The notes: a model not told the origin generated them from the sequence alone. 32,036 bases of DNA from Candidatus Hermodarchaeota archaeon (GCA_048885525.1 JBHLLP010000039.1:1-32036), one strand, 5' to 3'. Counted from the stretch's first letter, positions 10,185 to 19,199 are shown. Numbers and translations are program-made.

Positions 10185-10597
10185 TTCGAAGGAACTAAGA
10201 CATAAAAATCCAATGAAGCAATTATGAAATCAAAGCTCCTATTTAATTATTCCGATTTATTGGTTATATGATTTGATGTCTCATGTATCAATAATTCTTA
10301 CTTTATATTCAACAAGAGTTCAAATTTTTTATTGATGCTATAAACCAAAATCGTGTTATAATTGAATATTTAAGTACCTGCTATAAAGTGCTAAATTAGA
10401 TTTGTTTAGATAATTATCAATGTTCTAAAGCACTGCAGGAATAAAAGATTACTTTATAATTGAACAATGTAAATTTGAATCATTTGATTGTGAAAAAAAA
10501 AAATCACAAATAAAGAAATGGGTTATTAGATTGTAACTATATATTCGGTGTAAAAACCGTTATTTTGTATCTAATTCCAATGCAAATTGTCCTTTTC
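10143..10597 (-). ncRNA. Candidate large structured non-coding RNA (~455 nt), family unknown
   Basis: Perfect 12-bp end pairing (10143-10154 with 10586-10597), five internal stem domains, G-U pairs favouring the minus strand, no substantial ORF, upstream TATA and downstream oligo-T. Confidence 0.6.
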
Positions 10598-10620
10598 ACC
10601 TTAATATATGATAATATGAA

Positions 10621-10628
10621 TATTTAAA
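10621..10628 (-). promoter_or_regulatory. Putative TATA box (TTTAAATA) for the candidate ncRNA
   Basis: About 24 nt upstream of the 5' helix arm and preceded by purine-rich AACAAGA (BRE-like); the AT-rich background weakens this call. Confidence 0.4.
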
Positions 10629-10740
10629 TCTTGTTATTAAGATAGATAATATTTTATAGGGTATTTTCGACAAAAATCAAATGGTTTTAAGATTCAATTT
10701 GAAATAGTATAAATATTAGAAATTACATTATTTATAAAAT

Positions 10741-11115
10741 ATGAGTGTTCCTATAAAGATAGTACTATTTGGAATTGGCACCTTAGAAGGTGAAATTATC
10801 CGACATATTGCTCCGCTTACTGCAGATGCGATAATTAATAAATTACCTTTTGTTCTTAGAGGAAGATTTAGTTTTGGCTCAAAAAAGTATTGGACTTTAC
10901 CCGGTGTGGAGATTTACAAAGGCTCTAATCCTAAATCAACAACTACTACAGAAAAGGGTGATATTCTCTACAATCCTAAAACCGATGAATTGATAATATG
11001 TCTTGAAGATATTGAAATGCCAAATAAAGTTAATAAAATAGGTAAAATAAATACTAATCTTGATATTCTATTACAAGCTAGTAATGGACTAAACACTAAA
11101 TTTTTAATGAAGTAA
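10741..11115 (+). CDS. Cyclophilin-like fold protein (DUF369/TM1367-like)
   Basis: APLTADAIINKLP, EKGDILYNP..LII, VNKIGKI pattern. Confidence 0.7.
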   Translation: MSVPIKIVLFGIGTLEGEIIRHIAPLTADAIINKLPFVLRGRFSFGSKKYWTLPGVEIYKGSNPKSTTTTEKGDILYNPKTDELIICLEDIEMPNKVNKIGKINTNLDILLQASNGLNTKFLMK

Positions 11116-11122
11116 CTGAACT

Positions 11123-11944
11123 ATGGCAGTTTCGAAGAAACTTAATGTAGTTTTTACAATTTTTTATTTATCTGTAATTATATACATATTACTCTTTTTA
11201 TATGTACCAGAATTTCAAAATCTCATTATTAACTCAAGGCAAAATATAACTGTGATCACACAAGGAGCGAATTATTTTTGGGCTCTTTTAATTTCCCTTG
11301 GAATATGTTTTTTAGGTTCAGCATCAATAGGGTTTCCAATCCCCTTTCCTTTCGTTTTATTTTCTCTTTCAAATTCAATACTTCTTAAATTTTCTTCTCT
11401 TGGATTAGATATATTACAAATCCTACAATTAGGTCCTTTTTGGCTTGAAATTATCTGCCTTGCATTATTTGGGGGCCTAGGTAGTGCTTTAGGAGAATTT
11501 ACTGGATATGCTGTTGGTTATGGAACAAAAAAATTGGTAGAAGAAAGGGATTCAGAACTTTTACGTAATGTAAATGGATTTGGAAAGTTAATCATGGATA
11601 ATAAAAAACATACTTCCTTATATATATTCATTTTTGCTCTAACACCCCTCCCAGATGATATTTTATTTTTACCCTTAGGAATGATTAAATATCCTTTTTG
11701 GAAGTGTATTATTCCCGGTTGGTTAGGAAAAAATATTACTACATTGTTTTATTGTTGCTGGCCGATCTTTTTAGCACTCGGATTCGTAGCTCAAGGAATT
11801 CAATCCAATGACATATCAAGTATAATAACAGAAGCGATTTTATTGTTAGTTACAATAACAGTTATGTTTTTTATTATGTCTTTTAATTGGACTAAATATC
11901 TCAATAAAAGAAGTCAAAAAAAAATACATAATCCAAGCTCATAA
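11123..11944 (+). CDS. DedA/VTT (SNARE-associated) family membrane protein
   Basis: GGLGSALGEFTGYAVGYG and FALTPLPDDILFLPLG...GWLGK motifs. Confidence 0.85.
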   Translation: MAVSKKLNVVFTIFYLSVIIYILLFLYVPEFQNLIINSRQNITVITQGANYFWALLISLGICFLGSASIGFPIPFPFVLFSLSNSILLKFSSLGLDILQILQLGPFWLEIICLALFGGLGSALGEFTGYAVGYGTKKLVEERDSELLRNVNGFGKLIMDNKKHTSLYIFIFALTPLPDDILFLPLGMIKYPFWKCIIPGWLGKNITTLFYCCWPIFLALGFVAQGIQSNDISSIITEAILLLVTITVMFFIMSFNWTKYLNKRSQKKIHNPSS

Positions 11945-11956
11945 AATAATTTAACT

Positions 11957-12142
11957 CTATTCTACACCATTACTTAAACAATTCTTACAAACAAAAACCG
12001 TTTTCCTTTTTTTCTCTGAGTTTTCATCGTAATAAATACGTTTGTAGATAAAATTTTTACAGATCTCGCATATAGCTGGAGTTCGGACTTCTTCTATTAA
12101 TGGTCCTAAATGCTTAAAATTAGATTTAACTTTCGAATTCAT
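11957..12142 (-). CDS. Small C4 zinc-finger protein (~61 aa)
   Basis: CEIC...CKNC; ATG at 12142 just after the Alba stop is preferred over the track's overlapping start at 12181. Confidence 0.65.
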   Translation of the reverse strand: MNSKVKSNFKHLGPLIEEVRTPAICEICKNFIYKRIYYDENSEKKRKTVFVCKNCLSNGVE

Positions 12143-12146
12143 AAAT

Positions 12147-12473
12147 TTAAGTATTTGTTTTAGTTTGAAGCGTGATTTCAATATTAGAAATTATATCTTT
12201 TTTATTCTTATTAATTTTAGAATTTTTATTATAGTAACCTCGATGCTTATGGGCAAAATAGGGACGACTTCCTAAAGAAACATTTGCAATTTCTATTCTT
12301 GGATACATCCGACTTTTTAGAATTTCAGCGACTTCTACCGCAGTACTAATTTCTTGGCCTTCTCCTTTTATCAATAATGATTTTCTACCTCCAGAGAATG
12401 CAAAAATTGCGTCTTTAATTGACTTATCTTTATCATTTCTGTTTCTAATTATAATTGTATTTTCATTAGTCAT
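12147..12473 (-). CDS. Divergent Alba-family nucleic-acid-binding protein
   Basis: LLIKGEGQEISTAVEVAEILKSR ... VSLGS ... ISNIEITL aligns to the Alba consensus IKARGRAISRAVDVAE ... VSxIEIxL. Confidence 0.8.
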   Translation of the reverse strand: MTNENTIIIRNRNDKDKSIKDAIFAFSGGRKSLLIKGEGQEISTAVEVAEILKSRMYPRIEIANVSLGSRPYFAHKHRGYYNKNSKINKNKKDIISNIEITLQTKTNT

Positions 12474-12635
12474 GAAGTTCGTCTCATTCGCAACAAAATT
12501 TTATACTATATTAAAAAGAAGCTTAGTTTATTTCTTATTAATTTATTAAGTATATAAAATTTTACTAAAATTCCTAAGGAAATAATATTTTTTTATATTT
12601 TTAAAGTTTGATAAATATATACCAAAATGGTTTTA

Positions 12636-13763
12636 TTAATCTATGTTTAAATTTAGTTTTGAACGTTCATTTAACTCATCTAAGATCTTACAATATTCAG
12701 AACTTCTCTCTTCTAAACTTTCAATAACCTTTCTTTCATTAGTGTCTAGATAGGAATAATAAGGAAATACTTTTTCAATTCTTTCAGAGAATTCATTCAT
12801 TAATTTATCATACCATTCATTTGGTGTTTTTAGCATATTTTTTATTTTTTTTCTGAGTTTTTCTTTTCTATTCTCATATTTATCTTTTTCATTTTTTCCA
12901 ATTAACTCATCTAGCTCATCATAAGCAATAGCAATAATTTTTTCTATCTTTTCTCGAAATTTAGGAATCCTGTATGACTTTTTAAAAAACTCAGTGTCCC
13001 ATTCATACAAATAATTCTCATCCTCTTCTGCAGTCTCTTTATCTTTGGTTATAATTATATCTTCCTTAGGTACTAAAATTAAGCCATAATTCCTCTGTAA
13101 TTGAGCTAATGCCTTCTTTTGGAGTACCTCGTCAATATATTTTATTTCATTTAACACTTTTTTCATATTTTTGTTTACGTCTTTTATAACCTTTTCAGCT
13201 TTTTCTACCATTATTTTTTCTTTTAATTCATAATTTAATTCTATTAAATCGTAAGTAGAGGAAATTCCTAATTCTGGGTTTTTAAGTCTTAATCCTGCCA
13301 TTCCTAAAAAGTGTGAGTCAGATTCTTTTTCAGAATGATCAAATATTAACCCAACAGCGTAAGGATTCGGAAGTTGATATCCTAACTGAGTCATACAATC
13401 GATTGGAGAATAAAAGAAACCAAAACCTGGGTGAGTATGGAACCAACCAATTATAAAATCAGTTTTATTATCTTGAATAGAACGTTCGAACACAGATGCA
13501 TCAATTTGAGCCATATCCACATATTGTTTGTTCTCATATTTTACTCCTGCTCGATCTCCTACAACCATTGGAATTGCATCTTTTATAATTACCTTATCAT
13601 AATTTTCTATAGATCCTATTAAAATCCCATAAACTTCGCGCCATTTCTCTGGCTTTAAATCATTACTAGCGTATCTTATTGCGTAACCAACAATTCTCTT
13701 ATATGCTTTTATAGTTAATAATACTGGAGTTTTGAAAGGATCAATTTTTTTACTTTTCATCAT
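12636..13763 (-). CDS. JAMM/MPN+ metalloprotease (Rpn11/Csn5-like) with long helical C-terminus
   Basis: EVYGILIG (catalytic Glu) and GWFHTHPGFGFFYSPID (HxH-x7-S-x2-D). Confidence 0.9.
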   Translation of the reverse strand: MMKSKKIDPFKTPVLLTIKAYKRIVGYAIRYASNDLKPEKWREVYGILIGSIENYDKVIIKDAIPMVVGDRAGVKYENKQYVDMAQIDASVFERSIQDNKTDFIIGWFHTHPGFGFFYSPIDCMTQLGYQLPNPYAVGLIFDHSEKESDSHFLGMAGLRLKNPELGISSTYDLIELNYELKEKIMVEKAEKVIKDVNKNMKKVLNEIKYIDEVLQKKALAQLQRNYGLILVPKEDIIITKDKETAEEDENYLYEWDTEFFKKSYRIPKFREKIEKIIAIAYDELDELIGKNEKDKYENRKEKLRKKIKNMLKTPNEWYDKLMNEFSERIEKVFPYYSYLDTNERKVIESLEERSSEYCKILDELNERSKLNLNID

Positions 13764-13881
13764 AACTTATGCAATTGAAGCCTAATTATGTTATATTTTA
13801 AAAATTTAATTTCTTATTCTATATAGAATTTAAACAAAGTCTAAATATTTAAATTATATTCAAGAAAAAATTTCTTTAAAA

Positions 13882-14424
13882 ATGAAAGTAATAGCAATTA
13901 CAGGACAACCAGGTTCAGGAAAAACCACTGCAATAGATGCTATAAGAGATCTAGGCATAGTAGTTTCAATGGGCGATATTGTTCGAAATGAAGCAAAAAA
14001 AAGAAATTTAATACCTTCTGGGAATAATATAGGCAAAATAGCAAAAGAAATGAGAACAGAATTTGGTCCTGCAATAATAGCTGAAAAATGTGTTGATTTA
14101 ATAAAAAGTCTAAAAGAAGAAGTTATATTTATAGATGGGGTTAGATCTCTCTCTGAGATAAACTTTTTCAAAAGTATCTGGAAATTTCCAATTATTGCTA
14201 TTGTTATTGATAAAGAGATACGATTTAAACGACTTTTTAAAAGAGGCCGTAGTGATGATCCAAAAACTCTTGAAGAATTAAATGAGAGAGATCAAAGAGA
14301 AATTGAATTTGGACTTGATACAGTTTTAGAAAACGCTGATTATATTATTTATAATAATTCTACTATAAAAGAACTAAAAAACAAAACAAGAAAAGTAGTT
14401 ATAGATATTATTAATAACTACTAA
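13882..14424 (+). CDS. UPF0200 / dephospho-CoA-kinase-like P-loop nucleotide kinase
   Basis: GQPGSGKT, SMGDIVR, IDGVRS..E, RGRSDD, RDQREIEFG. Confidence 0.85.
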   Translation: MKVIAITGQPGSGKTTAIDAIRDLGIVVSMGDIVRNEAKKRNLIPSGNNIGKIAKEMRTEFGPAIIAEKCVDLIKSLKEEVIFIDGVRSLSEINFFKSIWKFPIIAIVIDKEIRFKRLFKRGRSDDPKTLEELNERDQREIEFGLDTVLENADYIIYNNSTIKELKNKTRKVVIDIINNY

Positions 14425-14438
14425 AATTCACGATTCCC

Positions 14439-15341
14439 TTATTTTAAGTAATCAGCGATAATTTTTGCTAAAGATATTTTACAAACTTCATTATCAATTG
14501 AATCTGTGCCAATAATTTCATCTGCTCCTGCTTTTATAATCCGATATCTAGCTTGTTGTAGTAGCAATGCATGTGTAGCTACAGTAAAAACTTTTTTAGC
14601 ACCGCTTTCCTTAGCTAATTTTATGGCAGTTGCCATAGTACCCCCCGTAGCAATAATATCATCTGCAATAACAACATCTTTATTATTTAGATTCGAACTT
14701 GCCCTCATTTGTATTTCTCCTGTTTTTACATCTCTTTCTTTTTCAAACACTACAACAGGAACATCCTCACCAAAATGATTTGCAAAAGCAGTGGACCTTT
14801 CTATAGCTCCTTTATCTGGAGCTACTACTACAATATCTTTTGCACCGATAGATTTGATATAATCGGCCAATAATTTCATAGAATCTATATTGATAGCTTT
14901 ACAGGAGCACTCATTTAATATTACTGGAGAATGGATATCAACAGCATATAATTCATTAATACCAAAATAATTGATCATGTTTATAATTGCATTACCAAAT
15001 TGACTTTCTCCAGGTCTAAAAATCTTATCTTGACGTGCGTATGCTAAATAAGGAGCGACCACAATGATTTTTTGAGCACCCATACGTTTTACAGAATCAA
15101 TCATCATAAATAGTTCCATAAGTCTCTTATTTTGATCTGCACTAGCACTAGGGCCTGTTGATTGAACAATAATTACTTCCTTACCAGCAATTAAAGTTTC
15201 ATCTTCAATATTAATTCTAATATATGTTTCCCCGTCGGGAAAATTTTTACATTCTGTATTTATTGATTCAATACCTAATTCTAGTGCGATTTTTACTCCA
15301 AGAATTTGCGATGAAGGTCCACATATTAAAATTTTTTCCAT
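14439..15341 (-). CDS. prs: Ribose-phosphate pyrophosphokinase
   Basis: FPDGETYIRI, PYLAYARQDK.FRPGE, VDIHS, APDKGA, DDIIATGGTM, ATHA, GTDSI. Confidence 0.96.
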   Translation of the reverse strand: MEKILICGPSSQILGVKIALELGIESINTECKNFPDGETYIRINIEDETLIAGKEVIIVQSTGPSASADQNKRLMELFMMIDSVKRMGAQKIIVVAPYLAYARQDKIFRPGESQFGNAIINMINYFGINELYAVDIHSPVILNECSCKAINIDSMKLLADYIKSIGAKDIVVVAPDKGAIERSTAFANHFGEDVPVVVFEKERDVKTGEIQMRASSNLNNKDVVIADDIIATGGTMATAIKLAKESGAKKVFTVATHALLLQQARYRIIKAGADEIIGTDSIDNEVCKISLAKIIADYLK

Positions 15342-15395
15342 AGATATTTCACAAAATATTTTAATCTTTAATATTTTAACAATTAATTTCTTTTC

Positions 15396-16115
15396 TTATA
15401 ATTTTTGCAAGAATTGAATTACTCTTTCAAATAATTCTTCACGATGACCTTCAAATGAATGGCCTCCATTATCATATATTATAACATTCTCATCGCTTAA
15501 ACCTAATTGCTCTTTGATTTGTAGGATATTTTTAAAAGGCATTCTTTGATCATCCTTGCAATGTCCTATTAGAATTCTATTATTATTTTGCATATCATTT
15601 TTCAAAAAATATTTGGGACTCATTTTTTTTATAAGATCTTCTGGGATTTTTATATCAACTGTACTATAATCATAACGGGAACAAAGAGCGATTAAGATTT
15701 TTGCTCTTTGGTCAATGAATCCGTGGGTCAGTATAATTGCTCCGCCATAACTTCTTCCAAAAAGGACAATTTTATCATCTAATAGCTTATTTGATTGTCT
15801 ATCTAATATCCAACTGATTACTTCGTGAATATCCGAAAAAATTTTGGGAGTTGCTTTAATAAAATCTATTCTATCTGTTTGTTTCGCCGTTTCTCCATGT
15901 CCTCGATAATCATAAGCTAATACATAATAACCTGCAAGAGCAAATCTCTCAGAAAAAGCTTTAACAAATTTACTGTCACGATGGGCTAAGAATCCTGATA
16001 AGATAATTATCCATGGAGACTTTAAAGGAGTTTCTGAAGTACTATAAATCGATCCTTTAAGGATAATATTATCTGATATTATAGGGATGTCAATATTTTG
16101 AATTTTTAAGTCCAT
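15396..16115 (-). CDS. Alpha/beta-hydrolase
   Basis: YDYRGHGET, nucleophile elbow GRSYGG, KDD acid, GGHSF His. Confidence 0.88.
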   Translation of the reverse strand: MDLKIQNIDIPIISDNIILKGSIYSTSETPLKSPWIIILSGFLAHRDSKFVKAFSERFALAGYYVLAYDYRGHGETAKQTDRIDFIKATPKIFSDIHEVISWILDRQSNKLLDDKIVLFGRSYGGAIILTHGFIDQRAKILIALCSRYDYSTVDIKIPEDLIKKMSPKYFLKNDMQNNNRILIGHCKDDQRMPFKNILQIKEQLGLSDENVIIYDNGGHSFEGHREELFERVIQFLQKL

Positions 16116-16124
16116 TCTTATAAA

Positions 16125-16568
16125 CTAAAATTTCTTTTCATGTTTATATTTTTTGATAGTTTTTCTAAGAGTGTTAATAGCCAAATCAGTACAATGCTCC
16201 TCATTAGGTGGTATACCCATTAATGCATTACTAATATCTTCCGGTTTTAAATTATTAGCAAATTCAAGAGTTTTGCCTTTGATTAATAATGTTAATTGCG
16301 ATCCTATTGCTACCATAACTCCACACCCATCTGTTATAAAATTAGCTTTAATGATACTATTATTCTCAATTTTTAAATACAATCCTAGAAAATATCTTTT
16401 TGGGCCATTTCTTCTTTCTTCAAATACTGTTATTTCCTTTTTTGGAGGTCTTCCCCAGTTTTTAGGATTGTAAAATAAATTTACAATTTTCTTATTATAT
16501 TCTTCAATATCCTTTTGAAATATTTCATTCTGAAGCTTCTTTGTGAATTTGTCAAAATTCAATGGCAT
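16125..16568 (-). CDS. IscU/NifU N-terminal-like scaffold protein, degenerate
   Basis: FYNPKNWG, FITDGCG, IKGKTLE.A, P..EEHC..LA; the first conserved Cys is absent. Confidence 0.8.
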   Translation of the reverse strand: MPLNFDKFTKKLQNEIFQKDIEEYNKKIVNLFYNPKNWGRPPKKEITVFEERRNGPKRYFLGLYLKIENNSIIKANFITDGCGVMVAIGSQLTLLIKGKTLEFANNLKPEDISNALMGIPPNEEHCTDLAINTLRKTIKKYKHEKKF

Positions 16569-16588
16569 AATATTACTTTTAAAATAGG

Positions 16589-16852
16589 TTATTTATGTTT
16601 TAAAACGTGTTCTTCTAAAACTTTTAAATCATCTGGCTTTTTTTGATATTTATTTAAAATTTCTATGATTTTTTTGTTTAGTTCATGGTGCTCAACTAGA
16701 CAACTTGTTTCATCCAAAAATTCTTCACCTCGTCGAATAGTGGCGGTATTTTCTGTAACTTTAATCAGCTCAGTTGCTATAATTCCATTGATATAAATTA
16801 AATCTGCTAGCATGTTTTTAATATATAAAAGAATTGAAGTTTGTTCAGACAT
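16589..16852 (-). CDS. Hypothetical helical protein (~87 aa)
   Basis: MSEQTSILLYIKNMLADLIYINGIIATELIKVTENT...; ATG at 16852 is more plausible than the track's 16912. Confidence 0.65.
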   Translation of the reverse strand: MSEQTSILLYIKNMLADLIYINGIIATELIKVTENTATIRRGEEFLDETSCLVEHHELNKKIIEILNKYQKKPDDLKVLEEHVLKHK

Positions 16853-16926
16853 AATAATTAAAAGATTACTTAGAATAAAAAGGGCAAATATAATAAAAAA
16901 GAAAATTTGCATGAAGTAATATAACT

Positions 16927-18612
16927 CTACGCAAAAAAAGAAATTAAGGTATAAATTGAATAAAAAAGGGATCCAAGAACTATAATAATTATTACGTATA
17001 TTCTTAGAATAAATGTTCGATATAAACCATCTCTTTTAATTTCTTTAGGAAATCCTTTTAAATTATTATAAAACTTATGAATTAAATTTTTATCTTTCAA
17101 TTTTAAAGTAATACGGATGCGGTATACAATTGAAGATGTTTTAAATTCAATAACATCAATAGGAAGACAAACGTAAAGTATTATAAACATAAACACAATT
17201 CCCATATACACGGTACTTATAATATTGTCACCAATTACAGAAATTGTATCTGCTATTGCCCAACCTTCGATTTGTTGAATTGTTAACATTACTAGCATTG
17301 ATCCAATTCCAAAAATATCAAAAAAGTCCAATCTTCTGAACCACTTTTTTATTTTTATGGCTTCAACTTTATTAGACATAATATAGTGAAATTTATAACT
17401 AAAATTTCTCCTAAATTTAAAAATACCCCTCTCTTTATTATAATAAAATCTATCTCCTCCCTTTTTACTAAAATCAAGGCAAAAGGCTTTAACTAATAAT
17501 ATAAAACCATACATTAAAGCAACCCACCAAAATAATGGTCCAAATAATACCATCTGCGTTAGCATTAAAATCGCAGATATTATTAAAAAAAGACCAAATA
17601 CCAAATCAAATAGCTGAAAATGAGTATTGTTTACTTCAGAAAATGCTACATCACTCCCAGCTTCCCTTTCTATTTCACACCCTAAAAATTTACTAAAATC
17701 TTCTGTCAATTCTGAACGATTTTTTAATTTAATGGGAGAAAACCACATTTCATATAAATGTGTTTTTGAAGCAATTTCAAAGTAGTTTTGTTGGAACATT
17801 ACTAGTAAGATTAAACCGATAATTTCTAATACTGAAATAATTAGAAATACCCATGATACGACATAATCAGGTCCTGCTCTATCAACCATAAACAATGGAA
17901 TTGCTGTCATAAGTTGAAGCACAATAAATGGTAAGATTAACATTATCCAGCCTGGTTTTGGACCTAGATGATTGTTTTGATATCTTATTGCTTCGATATC
18001 TTTTTTCGGAACTTCTGTTAGCCAAGGACAAAAAGGTCGTAATTCATAAAAGAAGTAAAAATTCTTTGAACTTGAAAATCTTCCCCTAAAGGGGCTTAAA
18101 ATAAAATATAGAAATAATCCAAAACCAATACCTAATGCTGGAAGGCCTGTTACGTAAAAAAAAGATGGTCCCCCGAGTACTACAGCACTCCCATATTTTA
18201 TTTGATGTCCTACATCTGTTCCAAAGACTAGAAAAGTTAGAACGCCTATAAATATGAAAATACAAGCAACGATCAATCTAGTCACTGCAATTGAATTAAA
18301 TTTTATATTTATAGCAACAGGTTCTCTTAATTCACTTATTTTTTTTATAGTTAATGAATTTTCTCTTAAATAATATGGTGCGATGAAATATTTCGAAGTA
18401 ATTATCATCCCGAGAATTATTATTAAAACATCGATAATAAAAGATATATTAATATCATCTATGGTTATTCTAAAATCGAATCCATTTAAAATCAATACAA
18501 ATCCTATAATAATGATAAAGATTCCAATAATCAGAAATAACAATCTAATTATCTTCTTAATTGGGTGTGTTTTTTTGAGTCTTTCAATTTCTTCTTCAGT
18601 TAAAAAGCTCAT
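16927..18612 (-). CDS. Polytopic membrane protein with an apparent internal two-fold repeat
   Basis: 561-aa ORF with many TM segments alternating with beta-rich soluble segments. Confidence 0.75.
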   Translation of the reverse strand: MSFLTEEEIERLKKTHPIKKIIRLLFLIIGIFIIIIGFVLILNGFDFRITIDDINISFIIDVLIIILGMIITSKYFIAPYYLRENSLTIKKISELREPVAINIKFNSIAVTRLIVACIFIFIGVLTFLVFGTDVGHQIKYGSAVVLGGPSFFYVTGLPALGIGFGLFLYFILSPFRGRFSSSKNFYFFYELRPFCPWLTEVPKKDIEAIRYQNNHLGPKPGWIMLILPFIVLQLMTAIPLFMVDRAGPDYVVSWVFLIISVLEIIGLILLVMFQQNYFEIASKTHLYEMWFSPIKLKNRSELTEDFSKFLGCEIEREAGSDVAFSEVNNTHFQLFDLVFGLFLIISAILMLTQMVLFGPLFWWVALMYGFILLVKAFCLDFSKKGGDRFYYNKERGIFKFRRNFSYKFHYIMSNKVEAIKIKKWFRRLDFFDIFGIGSMLVMLTIQQIEGWAIADTISVIGDNIISTVYMGIVFMFIILYVCLPIDVIEFKTSSIVYRIRITLKLKDKNLIHKFYNNLKGFPKEIKRDGLYRTFILRIYVIIIIVLGSLFYSIYTLISFFA

Positions 18613-18740
18613 ATCTATCTCGATTTTTCACAGTAAAATCAATTAATATATTGTTAATTTCTTTCTTTAATAAAATTTTAATTTTATAACGATTTAAGCA
18701 AAGGTGCTATAACTTAGATTATAAAGATTTCCATGATGGT

Positions 18741-19199
18741 TTGTTATCATTATCATTGTTAACATTTGTTTTTTCATTAACTCTTATGATTGGGTCAATT
18801 GTATTAAAACCATATATTAGTATAGAACCACAAGAAATAGATCTTATTGTAATCCTTTGCTCATTAAATCTATTATTTTCTTTCTATTATTTATGGAATG
18901 TTTTAAGGTTAGAGAAGATTTTTATGTTAGAAAATAAGAATATAATTAAATTTGGAAAGAAAATTGGAGTTGCAACATTATTTTATATTCCTCATGACAT
19001 TCTATTTGCATCTTTGTTTTTCCAACATTTACATAGCTTAGAAATGATAATGATCTTTCTCATAATTTTAATGGAAACGATGATGATTGGAATAATCCTT
19101 AAAGAAGTATATGATTTAGTATTTTTAGAAGAGTCTCAAAGAGATTTTCAAATAGAAGCACATCGTAAAAAATACCTAGATAAGGAGCAAGAAACATAA
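18741..19199 (+). CDS. Four-TM membrane protein, unknown function
   Basis: Four hydrophobic segments and a charged tail; start uncertain because the frame stays open upstream. Confidence 0.7.
   Translation: MLSLSLLTFVFSLTLMIGSIVLKPYISIEPQEIDLIVILCSLNLLFSFYYLWNVLRLEKIFMLENKNIIKFGKKIGVATLFYIPHDILFASLFFQHLHSLEMIMIFLIILMETMMIGIILKEVYDLVFLEESQRDFQIEAHRKKYLDKEQET

Noticed and set aside
10143-10597. MITE with 12-bp terminal inverted repeats
   Set aside because: No target-site duplication, no transposase or second copy in the window; nested stems, G-U strand bias, TATA and oligo-T fit an RNA gene better. Genome-wide copy number is unchecked.
10143-10597. SRP RNA or RNase P RNA
   Set aside because: Conserved signatures (SRP helix-8 GNRA domain; RNase P CR-I and CR-V) were not found by eye on either strand.
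10537-10599. 20-codon minus-strand ORF (GTG; VKRTICIGIRYKITVFTPNI)
   Set aside because: Too short, no recognisable motif, and embedded in paired regions.
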